Below are positions 8,555-18,055 of a DNA stretch of 52,853 nucleotides, piece after piece. The notes under the pieces are model-generated. The model was not told the DNA's origin, searched no databases, and saw only the letters and a program-made list of their open reading frames with translations. Position 1 is the stretch's first letter. Each line of letters begins with the position of its first letter. The translations under genes were made by a program, and so were the position numbers. The DNA is from a virus. Taxonomy: Duplodnaviria; Caudoviricetes. The stretch spans positions 1-52,853 of IMG/VR virus record IMGVR_UViG_3300032722_000027; one strand, written 5' to 3'.

Positions 8555-9163
8555 ATGCGTACCGTTTCCATTTATGTGCGAGCGTGGCTTTGTTTCGCAA
8601 CGCTGGCCATCATCATTGTTGGCGCCGCCTGCCTTGCCGCTGACGCCGCGCCAGATGCCCCCAAGAGCCCCGCGGCCGTTCAAGCCATGGCAACCCATGA
8701 TGGCGCCCTCAAGCGGGCCAAGGAAGCCTATGATGCTGCCGTGGCGGCTGCTGACCGCAAGTACCTGTCGGACCTGCAGGCGGCATTAAAGATTGCCAGC
8801 AGCAACGGCGCCACCGACGAAGTGGTGCGGATCTTCAGCCAGATCAAGGCGGCGCAGCCGAATGCCGCCAATGACGCAGCCAACGAGCAGGCCCTGCGCG
8901 AGCAAGTCCTCGGCTGCCGGCGGTTCGTCTATGCGCTCCGTGGCTCCGGAAGTAAAGAGTTGGAACTCCTACGGGACGGCAGGCTCGGTAATGGCGTTGG
9001 TGGCTGGGAAAAGAGTTGGAGCGTACAAACCAAAGACGGCCGCGCCGTCCTGGTGCTTGACGGCGAGCGCGGCCCGGCAACGCTCGTTCCCGTCGGCGGC
9101 GCGTTCAAGGGCACGTTTGATCATGGCGCCAGCGCCGAGATCACCCTCACGCCAAAGCGCTAG
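8555..9163 (+). CDS. Secreted/periplasmic protein (moron-like)
   Basis: AAAGGAG RBS; signal peptide (R..R, hydrophobic stretch, AxA); helical then beta-rich domain. Confidence 0.7.
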   Translation: MRTVSIYVRAWLCFATLAIIIVGAACLAADAAPDAPKSPAAVQAMATHDGALKRAKEAYDAAVAAADRKYLSDLQAALKIASSNGATDEVVRIFSQIKAAQPNAANDAANEQALREQVLGCRRFVYALRGSGSKELELLRDGRLGNGVGGWEKSWSVQTKDGRAVLVLDGERGPATLVPVGGAFKGTFDHGASAEITLTPKR

Positions 9164-12161
9164 CGCCAAGTCCTGGCAAATGCCGCGCGTTAAACCCATC
9201 GATAATTTTCCGCATGCTGGTATCCGGCAAGGGCACCACGCGGCGGCGGCTCATGTCGGGCAGTCCGATGTTCGAGAGGTAATGCCCGTATTGCGCGTAG
9301 TTGATGCCGAACCGCGGATCCTCGGGCCATTTGGCCGCGAACCGCGCCCGGGCCACGCCATAAGGAAGGGCCTTTACCGTTCCTCCATGAACGCTCCCCG
9401 ACAAGGGATTCATCTGCCGGAAACGCCAATAATGCAGGCCCGCGACCATCACGCGCATCGCGTAATCATCATCCTCGCACCAGGCCGGGGAGAATGCCTC
9501 GTCAAAAAGTCCGACGCGTTGATAGGTCTCCGGGCGGTGCATGTGGATGTCGAAGGCGCTGCCCGACAAAAATAAATGGATGTCCGGCCGTTCCACCAGC
9601 AGCCGGCGCGCGGCCTCAATTCGATAGGTGTCCCATTTGATGTCATCGCCCAGGATGATCAGCCCGTCAAACTTGTCCCGCTCAAAGGCCCTTTGCAGGA
9701 AAAAGTTCCACGCGGCCGACACTCCGACATTAGCCTCCGCCGTAACGATCTCGACGCCGGGCCCGGCCGGTAGCCGTATGTTCTGGCGGCCGTTGTCCAG
9801 AATCAGCAGCCGGTCCCCGGGGCGCAGGTTGGCCGCCATCTGGGCATAGTTGGCGTTGAGCAAATCCGCGCGGCTCAGCGTGGCCGTCGCCACCATGATG
9901 CGGGGCGGCTCGGAAATGTGGATCGGCTCCACAGACTCTACCGGTGACATCTGAGCCAACAGTGTGGGTAACTCAAACGGAATCGCCACGCAGGCGACAT
10001 CATTCTGGCCCCCCGTAACAGTCACGCGGGTACCGTCGATAACCATGCCATTGATAAATATGCACCCCGGCCGCTTATTGGGGCAGCGCCCCGGCGCGTG
10101 GGCGGGCGTCATCACCGGCGCCGCGGAGATCTTCAAAATGCGGAACGGGAATCGCCCCTCAAACACGTAAAAGCCGGTGTGGTAGCCGCCGTTGCCCTTT
10201 GTATAGGTGTGGAACGTCCCCAGAAAGTCGCCATCGGCCATGCGCACCGGCGGCGCGCTCAGACGCAATTCGTATCGAAATGCCGTGGACCATCCCGCTG
10301 GCCATTTCCAGTCGTTTTCGGCCACAAGGTGAACTTTATCGCCGCGCACCTCCAAGATACGGTGGGGCTGCATCCATTGAATGAAATAAAGCCGGCCGTC
10401 CGAGGAAAACGGCACCCAGTTCTTTTCGTGAACCAACTCGTAAAGCGGATCATCTTCAATCTTGTTAAAATGGGCCACCGGCACCACCGACTGAAAATCG
10501 GAAGATAGCCTCCACAACTTGATGCGTTCGGTGGAAAATCCATTCTCCCAGCAACTCGTGGACATGTACACATCGCCGTTGTGCGCCACCAATCGCGGAT
10601 CGTCGTTGCGCTCAAGGCCGAGCACCCGCCAGGAATCGCGGCTTGCCCCCAAGGCCCCGTTAAGATCGATTGCCGCAATGGGGTTCCTGCGGTTGAGTCC
10701 CGAGCGGTAAGCACCTATAAGCCTGTCCGGGCCCAGGCGCAGCACGGCCATGTTGTAGGGGGCATCCTCTGGCAGGGCTATTTTTGTGATGGCAATATCG
10801 GCAACCCGTTCCGCCGTGTTCACCAATGCAGGAAGCGTCGGTTTTGCCACCTCCGGGGCCTTAGGCTTTTCCTGTGTGTACAGGCCCGACGTGCGTTCCC
10901 TGGCCACGTCGATGTTACCAAACTCGGCCCTGGCCAGGGCGATCGCGTTCTCATATTTAAGGAAGGGGAACGCCTTAAGCTTGCTTTCAGGGTTGCAATT
11001 GAACACCTGCAGGCCTTGGCGCTCGAGGTATGGCCGTAGGTCCGTGAATCGCCGGTTGATCACCGGGTAGCTCGCGTTATTGCCGCGGACGCTGGAATCG
11101 CTGGGCTTGTGGTCAAAGTGGTATCCATAGTCGGCTGACATGGTGAAATCCACTCCCAACAGGAAAATACGGCGGATGCCCAACTCGTACAGGATCCGGA
11201 CGGCTGCGAACATGACCGATCGGCCCGCTTCCCCATCGGTGCCCCACCAGATGGCTGGCGACGTGAGAAAGTTGGTAACAGGGGTCGCGGATCCTTTCGG
11301 TCCCAAGTCCCGGTCATAGGCCAGCAGGTTGGGACTGTCCTGGATGCGCTGGTCAGTCCACTCCCACTTATCGCTGTCGAAAAGCCGCTGCCCCAGCAGG
11401 CCCCGCGGGCTGAACTTCATGATCAGGGGGTCGAGGTAAATCGACCGGATGAAATGATCCGACTGGTCAACGTGGGTGGCGATGTTGGGCCGGAAGGTCC
11501 GCACGCTGTTGTTCACACCCATCGTGAGGATGCCCGGCTGTCGCAGCAGATTGTGGTCCAGCTTTTTGAATGAAGGACCGCCGCAGATCAGGAAGGCGCT
11601 ACGGCCGCGGTACAGCCCCTGTATCTGGACCGTTCGGCCATCAGGATGGTAAAGCGGCATGGGGCCAGCGGCCTTCGCCGGCGGGGCTCCGAATTTTCCC
11701 TTCGGGCAGGTGTTCTCCGCGGCGCGGTCCACACAGGGCCGATGGTCGATGCAATTGCGCCGGTCCCGGTGGTCACAATCGTAGCAGAGCAGCCGGTTGG
11801 CCTGTTCTCGGTCTGAAAGTTGGTCGGCTGGAGGCGGCGCCGGTACGGACCCCAAGGCGCTGAATTTGCCCATGGGGCAGAGCCCCTCGATAAGATGCAC
11901 GCGATGGGCGCCGTTGCAGTTGACGCAGCGCCGGCAGTGCGCGTGATCGTCAGCGAACCGCCGTTCGCCTAAATGCTCACAGGCCCCGCAGATGGCCATA
12001 ACTTCCGCCACCCGCCGAGCCTTTACTGCCGGGTCGGTCTGCCATGGAGACGGTGCGGGGCGGTACGGTTGCTTTGGGGGAATCGGCACGCCGGGGCCAT
12101 AGGTCACCTGTTCGGGTGTCCCGTAGGTTGGCGCATCTCCAAAATGGTGGATCATCTTCAT
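9147..12161 (-). CDS. Multi-domain glycan enzyme: two Cys-rich modules + DUF115/Maf-like GT domain + beta-propeller (GH130-like) + GT2
   Basis: CxxC...CPxGKF twice; ICGGPS/TMGVN/LGIRRIFLLGVDF; DDPRL/EKNWVPF; LILDNG/NVGVSAAWN/GDD/GLFDEAF..AWCEDDDY. Confidence 0.75.
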   Translation of the reverse strand: MKMIHHFGDAPTYGTPEQVTYGPGVPIPPKQPYRPAPSPWQTDPAVKARRVAEVMAICGACEHLGERRFADDHAHCRRCVNCNGAHRVHLIEGLCPMGKFSALGSVPAPPPADQLSDREQANRLLCYDCDHRDRRNCIDHRPCVDRAAENTCPKGKFGAPPAKAAGPMPLYHPDGRTVQIQGLYRGRSAFLICGGPSFKKLDHNLLRQPGILTMGVNNSVRTFRPNIATHVDQSDHFIRSIYLDPLIMKFSPRGLLGQRLFDSDKWEWTDQRIQDSPNLLAYDRDLGPKGSATPVTNFLTSPAIWWGTDGEAGRSVMFAAVRILYELGIRRIFLLGVDFTMSADYGYHFDHKPSDSSVRGNNASYPVINRRFTDLRPYLERQGLQVFNCNPESKLKAFPFLKYENAIALARAEFGNIDVARERTSGLYTQEKPKAPEVAKPTLPALVNTAERVADIAITKIALPEDAPYNMAVLRLGPDRLIGAYRSGLNRRNPIAAIDLNGALGASRDSWRVLGLERNDDPRLVAHNGDVYMSTSCWENGFSTERIKLWRLSSDFQSVVPVAHFNKIEDDPLYELVHEKNWVPFSSDGRLYFIQWMQPHRILEVRGDKVHLVAENDWKWPAGWSTAFRYELRLSAPPVRMADGDFLGTFHTYTKGNGGYHTGFYVFEGRFPFRILKISAAPVMTPAHAPGRCPNKRPGCIFINGMVIDGTRVTVTGGQNDVACVAIPFELPTLLAQMSPVESVEPIHISEPPRIMVATATLSRADLLNANYAQMAANLRPGDRLLILDNGRQNIRLPAGPGVEIVTAEANVGVSAAWNFFLQRAFERDKFDGLIILGDDIKWDTYRIEAARRLLVERPDIHLFLSGSAFDIHMHRPETYQRVGLFDEAFSPAWCEDDDYAMRVMVAGLHYWRFRQMNPLSGSVHGGTVKALPYGVARARFAAKWPEDPRFGINYAQYGHYLSNIGLPDMSRRRVVPLPDTSMRKIIDGFNARHLPGLGASALA

Positions 12162-12847
12162 GTCAGAACGAGCGTCCCGGTTTGGTACGAAAACCCATAT
12201 CCCGCGAAACCGCAGAGTGAGTTGGTGAAGGTGTCATAATGGGCCCACGTCCAGGCGCTCGATGGGCTCGATGTCGAGGACGTGATCCATGACAGCCCGG
12301 AGAGTCGCCACCGGCAGGACGGTAAATCCAACCCAATGGTGATGGCTATCGTCTGGTCAATCTCCTGACAGGATGACCCGTCAGTGTTTTTCGTAGAGTT
12401 GTGCACGGAAATGCTGCCCTCGTACTGGCACAAGGCGGCATTCCATGTCAAAGTTGCTGTCGCGTTGAGGGTCTGGTGGTTGTACAGCAGGTAGGGTCCG
12501 CCAACCGCTATCGCAAAGGAAATGTCTTGCGTCCATGCCGTCATTTGAATCGTCGCTGGGGGGCTCGATGGACATGTGCATGGCCCGCTACTCTGGTGAC
12601 TGCTGATATGCTGAGAGCTTTGATGCTGGCTCGATGGAAGGTGCTGCGAACTCCCGACGTGTCCAGAGCTTTGATGCTGGCTCGATACGTGGTGCTGAGA
12701 ACTCGCTTGTTGGCTGCTGCCGCTCTGAATGCTCTGCTGGCTGCTGTGGGGATGACTGCTCTGGTGGCTATGCACGCTCGATTGGTGGGAATGGGCCGAG
12801 GATTCCGTCACGGACGAATAGGATTTAGAACTACCAAGGTCGGTCAT
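12158..12847 (-). CDS. Ser/Gln/His-rich virion-associated protein with Cys-containing C-terminal domain
   Basis: About 80 aa of SSQHQSS-type repeats; ATGA-coupled within the tail operon. Confidence 0.7.
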   Translation of the reverse strand: MTDLGSSKSYSSVTESSAHSHQSSVHSHQSSHPHSSQQSIQSGSSQQASSQHHVSSQHQSSGHVGSSQHLPSSQHQSSQHISSHQSSGPCTCPSSPPATIQMTAWTQDISFAIAVGGPYLLYNHQTLNATATLTWNAALCQYEGSISVHNSTKNTDGSSCQEIDQTIAITIGLDLPSCRWRLSGLSWITSSTSSPSSAWTWAHYDTFTNSLCGFAGYGFSYQTGTLVLT

Positions 12848-14352
12848 ACCTTTTCCCCTGGGTACGCGCTGCGGATGAAAGCTTCATTGGCTGCAAACTG
12901 TTCCGGCGTTCTGCTCGGGAACCGCAAATCAGAGAAGCCCTTGCGGATGCCCGTCAAGCGCAGCGTCAGCGTCAATCGCCGTTTGGCTTGGCGCCCAAAC
13001 CGGACATGCACCTTGCCGCCCTTCACCACGGCGCCCACTGCCACCGGGCAATCTGCCACAGCGCCGCACACTTGCACGCTGCCGGGTTCGCATACCTCAA
13101 CGAACCGCGGATCGATGGTGATCCGGCAATTCTTCTGCGGAATCTGCACGGTCAGCACGTCATCGAACCGCACTTCCGGCGATTCCGCGATGAACAAGGC
13201 CGCATACCCGGTCTTACTCCAAGTGGCCGGCACGATGGCCGTAGACTTGGAACTCTGTTCACTCGGGGCATGCGATTGATGCGACGGCTGGCTCTGTTGC
13301 GAGTGCTGAGACGATGGGCCGCTGCTTTGCTCGCTACTCTGCTCGCTGCTTTGCTCCGAAGATTGCTCGGAACTTTGCTGGCTGCTCTGCTGAGAACTTT
13401 GTTGACTGCTCAATTCGCCCCGGCAGCGATGGCCAGTATCGGTTTCGTCCATGTAGGCGGTGTACCAGCGAATCATGGGCGGCGTTCCGCTGTCGCAAAT
13501 TGGCCAGACCGGAACGATGGTTCCCGGACGCACGAAATGCGTCTGCTGATTTTCTTCCGCCATGTTGGTGACCGGCACGATGAAATCGCGCAACGGCGGC
13601 GGTGATGTCGTATCGTCGCCCGGGCAGTAGTGCGGGACTTTCGGGGCGTTGATGAATTTCAGCGGACTTTTGGCGTTGCCGTCACTGTTGGAAACCAGCA
13701 GCATCTGGCCCCAATATTGGTTGGTAATGAAGTCCGGATCGGCACTGCACCCGCAAGGACCACAGCATACCACCCTCGCAAACATGGCCGGTATGGTGTG
13801 CTGGAATACCCAATGCAGAACGGCCGTGCCATCGGCGTTGCGGGAAGCCATCTGGCGCACGAACACGTACTGGCTGCCATCGGTGCGCAACAGGTGCGTG
13901 CCCATGGGTTGCGGGTCGTTGTCGCCCGGCGTTGAGGACTTCACGGCCAGCGGGCCGGTCAATTCGTCAATGTTGGTGGCGGTGAAGATCTTGGCTTCGG
14001 TATCGGTTTCCTTTTCCGCGTTGGCCATCGAAGTGCAAAGATCGTCCTTTTCCTGATGCAAAAATGCGAACTTGAACCAGTACCGCGGGTCGGCATAATC
14101 CGGCTCGCTATTAGGGCCTTGGCGCAACAGCACCGCCAGCTTCCAAGGGAACGGCGAAACTTCTTTTGGCCGTGATACCGATGATCCGCCGCCCTGTATC
14201 GACTCGACAAGCTGACCCGGGCCGCCCATCGTGGGCAGGTATGCATTTGTGCGGTCAACATGCTTGGCCAGCATGTCGGCCAGCGCGTCAAACTCTGGCA
14301 CGTTGGAAATGGGGGTTGGAATATTGGGGAGGGCCATGACGTATCCGATCAA
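12844..14352 (-). CDS. Distal tail protein with SSQQ/SSEQ linker and a possible chaperone-like C-terminal domain
   Basis: Follows the tail genes; C-terminal ALF..ESPEVRFDD...IDPRF motif. Confidence 0.6.
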   Translation of the reverse strand: MIGYVMALPNIPTPISNVPEFDALADMLAKHVDRTNAYLPTMGGPGQLVESIQGGGSSVSRPKEVSPFPWKLAVLLRQGPNSEPDYADPRYWFKFAFLHQEKDDLCTSMANAEKETDTEAKIFTATNIDELTGPLAVKSSTPGDNDPQPMGTHLLRTDGSQYVFVRQMASRNADGTAVLHWVFQHTIPAMFARVVCCGPCGCSADPDFITNQYWGQMLLVSNSDGNAKSPLKFINAPKVPHYCPGDDTTSPPPLRDFIVPVTNMAEENQQTHFVRPGTIVPVWPICDSGTPPMIRWYTAYMDETDTGHRCRGELSSQQSSQQSSQQSSEQSSEQSSEQSSEQSSGPSSQHSQQSQPSHQSHAPSEQSSKSTAIVPATWSKTGYAALFIAESPEVRFDDVLTVQIPQKNCRITIDPRFVEVCEPGSVQVCGAVADCPVAVGAVVKGGKVHVRFGRQAKRRLTLTLRLTGIRKGFSDLRFPSRTPEQFAANEAFIRSAYPGEKV

Positions 14353-15218
14353 TTCATGACGGGCGGGATCATGCCGTAATTTTTAACCCCTGGCTCGATG
14401 CCGGGGAACACAACGGAGAAATCCACTTCAAGGGCGGAACGGATGCGCACCCAGCCATTGCCACCAAAACGCGAGCCATCGACCACCACATCCGCCGCCA
14501 CCTTGTAGGGTATGATGCCATCCTCATCCTTGTAGAATACATACTCGTCGTGCGTTTCAGGGCGGTAGTGAATCGTGTACTGGTTGTCGTACCACACATT
14601 GTCATGGCTGGAACCCGTTACGGGCAGGATCATAAGCGTGCGCGGTGCGTAGCCGCGCCACTGGAACTTATTTACGCATCCGGCGAAGTTGAGGTTGAAG
14701 AACTCCGGGTCAAGGATTTCGAGGAAGCGGTATCCAACCGTGCCGCTCAGGATGGTACGGTGGAAGATGCCGCCTTGGCGCAATGCGGTGCCGGTCGTGG
14801 TGAACGTACCCTTGTCGTTCGGGTCCGAAGTCCACGTCACGTCGCCATCAGGCGAGTAGACCAGCGACATTGGATTGCCCTTGCCGTTGGTGCACCACTC
14901 GATCTGCCGCAACGATCCGCCCACGGTTTTCAGGTACGCTGATGGGTACAACTTCCATTGGTATTTGATGATGACGTTCATAACGTCATAGGCTGGATCT
15001 GACGTACTGCGCTCAACCACCACGCCTTTAAAAGTTGGGTCAGGATACGGCTCAAGCATAGAAGGCACGCCCGGTGCATTCATAGCAGCAATTTGGCGTG
15101 ATTCCGGGGGCACATCATGCAAGCCGGAAACCTCAAAAATTCGGTAAATGTTCGACTCTGTTAAATTGGCATCGGCTCGGCTAGGGCGAATTAAATCTGG
15201 TTTTACCACAATGGCCAT
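14349..15218 (-). CDS. Minor tail protein (post tape-measure)
   Basis: Position after the tape measure; GAGGT RBS; beta-rich. Confidence 0.6.
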   Translation of the reverse strand: MAIVVKPDLIRPSRADANLTESNIYRIFEVSGLHDVPPESRQIAAMNAPGVPSMLEPYPDPTFKGVVVERSTSDPAYDVMNVIIKYQWKLYPSAYLKTVGGSLRQIEWCTNGKGNPMSLVYSPDGDVTWTSDPNDKGTFTTTGTALRQGGIFHRTILSGTVGYRFLEILDPEFFNLNFAGCVNKFQWRGYAPRTLMILPVTGSSHDNVWYDNQYTIHYRPETHDEYVFYKDEDGIIPYKVAADVVVDGSRFGGNGWVRIRSALEVDFSVVFPGIEPGVKNYGMIPPVMN

Positions 15219-15219
15219 A

Positions 15220-17832
15220 TCAACCTCGACTCCCGAAGATGGCGGTACTGACCTTGCCATGCGTAGTGGCTTGCAGAAGTTCAATGATCCTTTGGAGCTT
15301 CACGTTCGTTTCGCGTTGGATCTCATCCTTGGAGTCTGCTCCGCCCACATGCCCCGCCAGTCCACGCGCGATGGCACTGAACGGGTCGCCCGCAACAGAG
15401 AATGGGGCACCCTTGGGCTTTAGATCCTCTTGCTCGCGTTGCAGCACCAGAATCTCGTTCAGCCGCATCTTGTCGCGCAGGTCATCGTCGCCTTGCTCGT
15501 TGATGGCCTCGATGGCGCTTTGGGCTTGCTCAAGATCGGCCCCCTGTTGCTGCTTGGCGCGGCGCCCACCGGGATTCTTGATCTTGGCCGCGTCAAGGTC
15601 GGATTGGTCACGCAGGCCCATGATGTCGAGGCGTTCGGTTTGGCGGCGTTGTTGCTCCCCCGCTTCTACCCATTTACTGTAGGCCTCGTCTGCGATTTGT
15701 TTGCGGGCATCTTCTTCGTACGACTCATCCGTGAGCGCCAAGCCTTGATCGTCCTCAATATCCTTGGCTTTCATGTTGGCAATCCGTTGTTGGAGCGTAT
15801 CGCGGATCTGGCGTTTCTCCCAGTCATTGATATTATCGAGGGATGCAGATAATCCGCCATAATTGCCCGTAGCCACATTGGCTCGCCGCGCCATGGTGTG
15901 CTGCTCATCCTCCTGATTTTGTGCCGCATACGCCTCAGTAATCTGAATCGCCTGCTCATTGGCGCCGGCCGCCGCTACGCCAGCCTGCGCATGCTGTACC
16001 GCCAGCCGCGCCGCCTCGCTGGGATTATTGGCGAAGTCCGCATTGGCATAGGCCAGTTCCGCTTGTGCGTCAATGGTCCGCTGCTGGGCCATTATCATTT
16101 TCGCCGCCAGCCCGGCGCCCTGCGCCCGCAGCACCGACTCTTGAGCCGCCGCATTCAGATCATCTGTCTCGGCCACGATCTTGAGCCGCATCAAATCAAT
16201 CTGACGTTCGCCTAAGGCGACTCGCTGCTTGGCTTGTTCTTCCTCCTCATTCAGCCGGCTGCGAGATTCCTGATCGGCACGCATCGTCAACGCGCCAGGA
16301 TGGGCGTGCAGTTCGATGTCGGCATTGGTTACGTCAGCCTGCAGGGCGCCACGGCGCTGCGTGTTTTCAGCAGCAATCTTCTGCCGTATGGCATCAAAAG
16401 TATCGCCGGAAACGCTCGACCGTAAGACGCCAGTTTGCATAGCTTCGGCGCGATCGCGCGTGGACATGGCATCAAGTTCAGATTGGCTCTTCATGTCCAA
16501 AATCTGCTGCTGCTCGGCTTGGTCCTTGACTTGTTCTTGCTTTATGCTGTTCCGTTGCGCGTTCGCCCTTGCATGGATTTGGGCTATCTCTGGAACGTCT
16601 ACATAGTCCTCTTTCTCAAAACTGTACATCCTCTTTTCTGGGAGTTCATTAATTTCGTTCGCTTCTGCTGCACCTACGGCATTCAATTGCTCAGTGAACG
16701 GCTTGGCACGCTCCGTCATCTCAGTACGGGCATTTTCCTGCAATCGCAGGTAATTCATCATCAAAGGATCATTGGTAGCGCCCATGTTGATCGCTTCGTT
16801 GCGCGTGCGAGTCTGCTCGATCTGCACCGCCTGCTGGGCTTTCTGTTCCTGGGTCTGAATGTTCATGTCGCGTTCAATATCGGCGGCGCTCATGCCGTTG
16901 GCCGTGTCGTACAGATCCCGTAGCCCCGCCAGCGGAGCGCCAACAATAGGAATGGACCGCAACGCCCCCATTTCCGCCTGATGCGCCTTGAGCGCGGCCT
17001 TGACGCCCGAAGCCGGATCATTACCCGCCTCCGCAACGTCCACATCACGACCGGATGTAATTTCCTCCGTTACCAGCGACTCCACTGCCGCGATAGCCGC
17101 GCCCGCCGCATGGGCGATGAAAATGGCGCGGATTCCACGCAATCCGTTGCCGCCACGAGCACCGCGACCACCAGTCGCCCCCCCCGCTCCGCCGCCATCG
17201 TCTTCGTTGGCGTTGTAGCCCCGTTGGGGCATGCTCGCCCATTCGTCGGGCGGTTCCCCCGAACCCAGCAGTCTCGGCCCGACAGGACGCCATTCCGCAT
17301 CAATCACATCGTCGGGGCGCCATTGCGCCCCATCGGAAAGCCCCCCAGCTTCCGCCCGCCACACTTGAAGCCGTCGGCTGATGGCCTCGATTTCCATCGT
17401 GGCCGCCGCCGTGTTGGCACCCATCGACGCCGCTGCTGTTGCCACGGCGGCGGCCGTAGCCGCCACGCTGGCCCGCGCGGATTCCTGCGCCGCATTTACT
17501 GCATTTTTCAGGTTATCGACTTCCGCCGCGACCCCTCCGCCCATGCCGCCGCTAAAATCGAAACCGCTGTAGCCCCCGGCGTTGCCCGTGGAATACCCCG
17601 GCGTGCCGGTAGCGCCCACGGAAGTACCGCCGCCGTTATTGTTGAATCCCCCAAACCCGCTACCGCCGCCCCCGCCACCCATCCCCAGCCCGATGTTTAG
17701 CGTGTTGGCCCTGGCCTGCATCCGGTCGATGGACGCGTTGACCAGATCCTCAGCGTCTTTCACGGACGCAACGGTGGCTTCCGTCTTATTGAGGATGGAG
17801 AACCAGAGATTGCCAAGATCACCAGCCGACAT
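15220..17832 (-). CDS. Tape measure protein (putative)
   Basis: 870 aa, Ala/Gln/Glu-rich and helical; N-terminal LGNLWFSI; follows the tail chaperones. Confidence 0.75.
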   Translation of the reverse strand: MSAGDLGNLWFSILNKTEATVASVKDAEDLVNASIDRMQARANTLNIGLGMGGGGGGSGFGGFNNNGGGTSVGATGTPGYSTGNAGGYSGFDFSGGMGGGVAAEVDNLKNAVNAAQESARASVAATAAAVATAAASMGANTAAATMEIEAISRRLQVWRAEAGGLSDGAQWRPDDVIDAEWRPVGPRLLGSGEPPDEWASMPQRGYNANEDDGGGAGGATGGRGARGGNGLRGIRAIFIAHAAGAAIAAVESLVTEEITSGRDVDVAEAGNDPASGVKAALKAHQAEMGALRSIPIVGAPLAGLRDLYDTANGMSAADIERDMNIQTQEQKAQQAVQIEQTRTRNEAINMGATNDPLMMNYLRLQENARTEMTERAKPFTEQLNAVGAAEANEINELPEKRMYSFEKEDYVDVPEIAQIHARANAQRNSIKQEQVKDQAEQQQILDMKSQSELDAMSTRDRAEAMQTGVLRSSVSGDTFDAIRQKIAAENTQRRGALQADVTNADIELHAHPGALTMRADQESRSRLNEEEEQAKQRVALGERQIDLMRLKIVAETDDLNAAAQESVLRAQGAGLAAKMIMAQQRTIDAQAELAYANADFANNPSEAARLAVQHAQAGVAAAGANEQAIQITEAYAAQNQEDEQHTMARRANVATGNYGGLSASLDNINDWEKRQIRDTLQQRIANMKAKDIEDDQGLALTDESYEEDARKQIADEAYSKWVEAGEQQRRQTERLDIMGLRDQSDLDAAKIKNPGGRRAKQQQGADLEQAQSAIEAINEQGDDDLRDKMRLNEILVLQREQEDLKPKGAPFSVAGDPFSAIARGLAGHVGGADSKDEIQRETNVKLQRIIELLQATTHGKVSTAIFGSRG

Positions 17833-18055
17833 GGTTCACGCCCATTTGCTCTAGTGCCAATTCCTCAGCCAACGCCTCAGCATCCGCCCGCGCCTCTTCC
17901 ATCAGGTCCGGGGCCTTCCCGCGGCAAATCCCATGTTGCAAGAGCCGCATGTTCAGCAAGTGGCTGTTCTTCCGCCAGTTCATGCCCGGGTAGTAGAACG
18001 CCAGATCATGGAGCATCAGGTAGTCGAAACGCTCGCTCCGGGCGCTGGAGGGTTT
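17819..18055 (-). CDS. Tail assembly chaperone extension (gpT-like, -1 frame)
   Basis: Open -1 frame overlapping the 3' end of 18016..18570 and running up to the tape measure start. Confidence 0.55.
   Translation of the reverse strand, partial: KPSSARSERFDYLMLHDLAFYYPGMNWRKNSHLLNMRLLQHGICRGKAPDLMEEARADAEALAEELALEQMGVNHVGW

Noticed and set aside
12401-13605. Leu/Ala-rich plus-strand ORFs resembling membrane proteins
   Set aside because: Reverse-complement artefact of the Ser/Gln codon repeats
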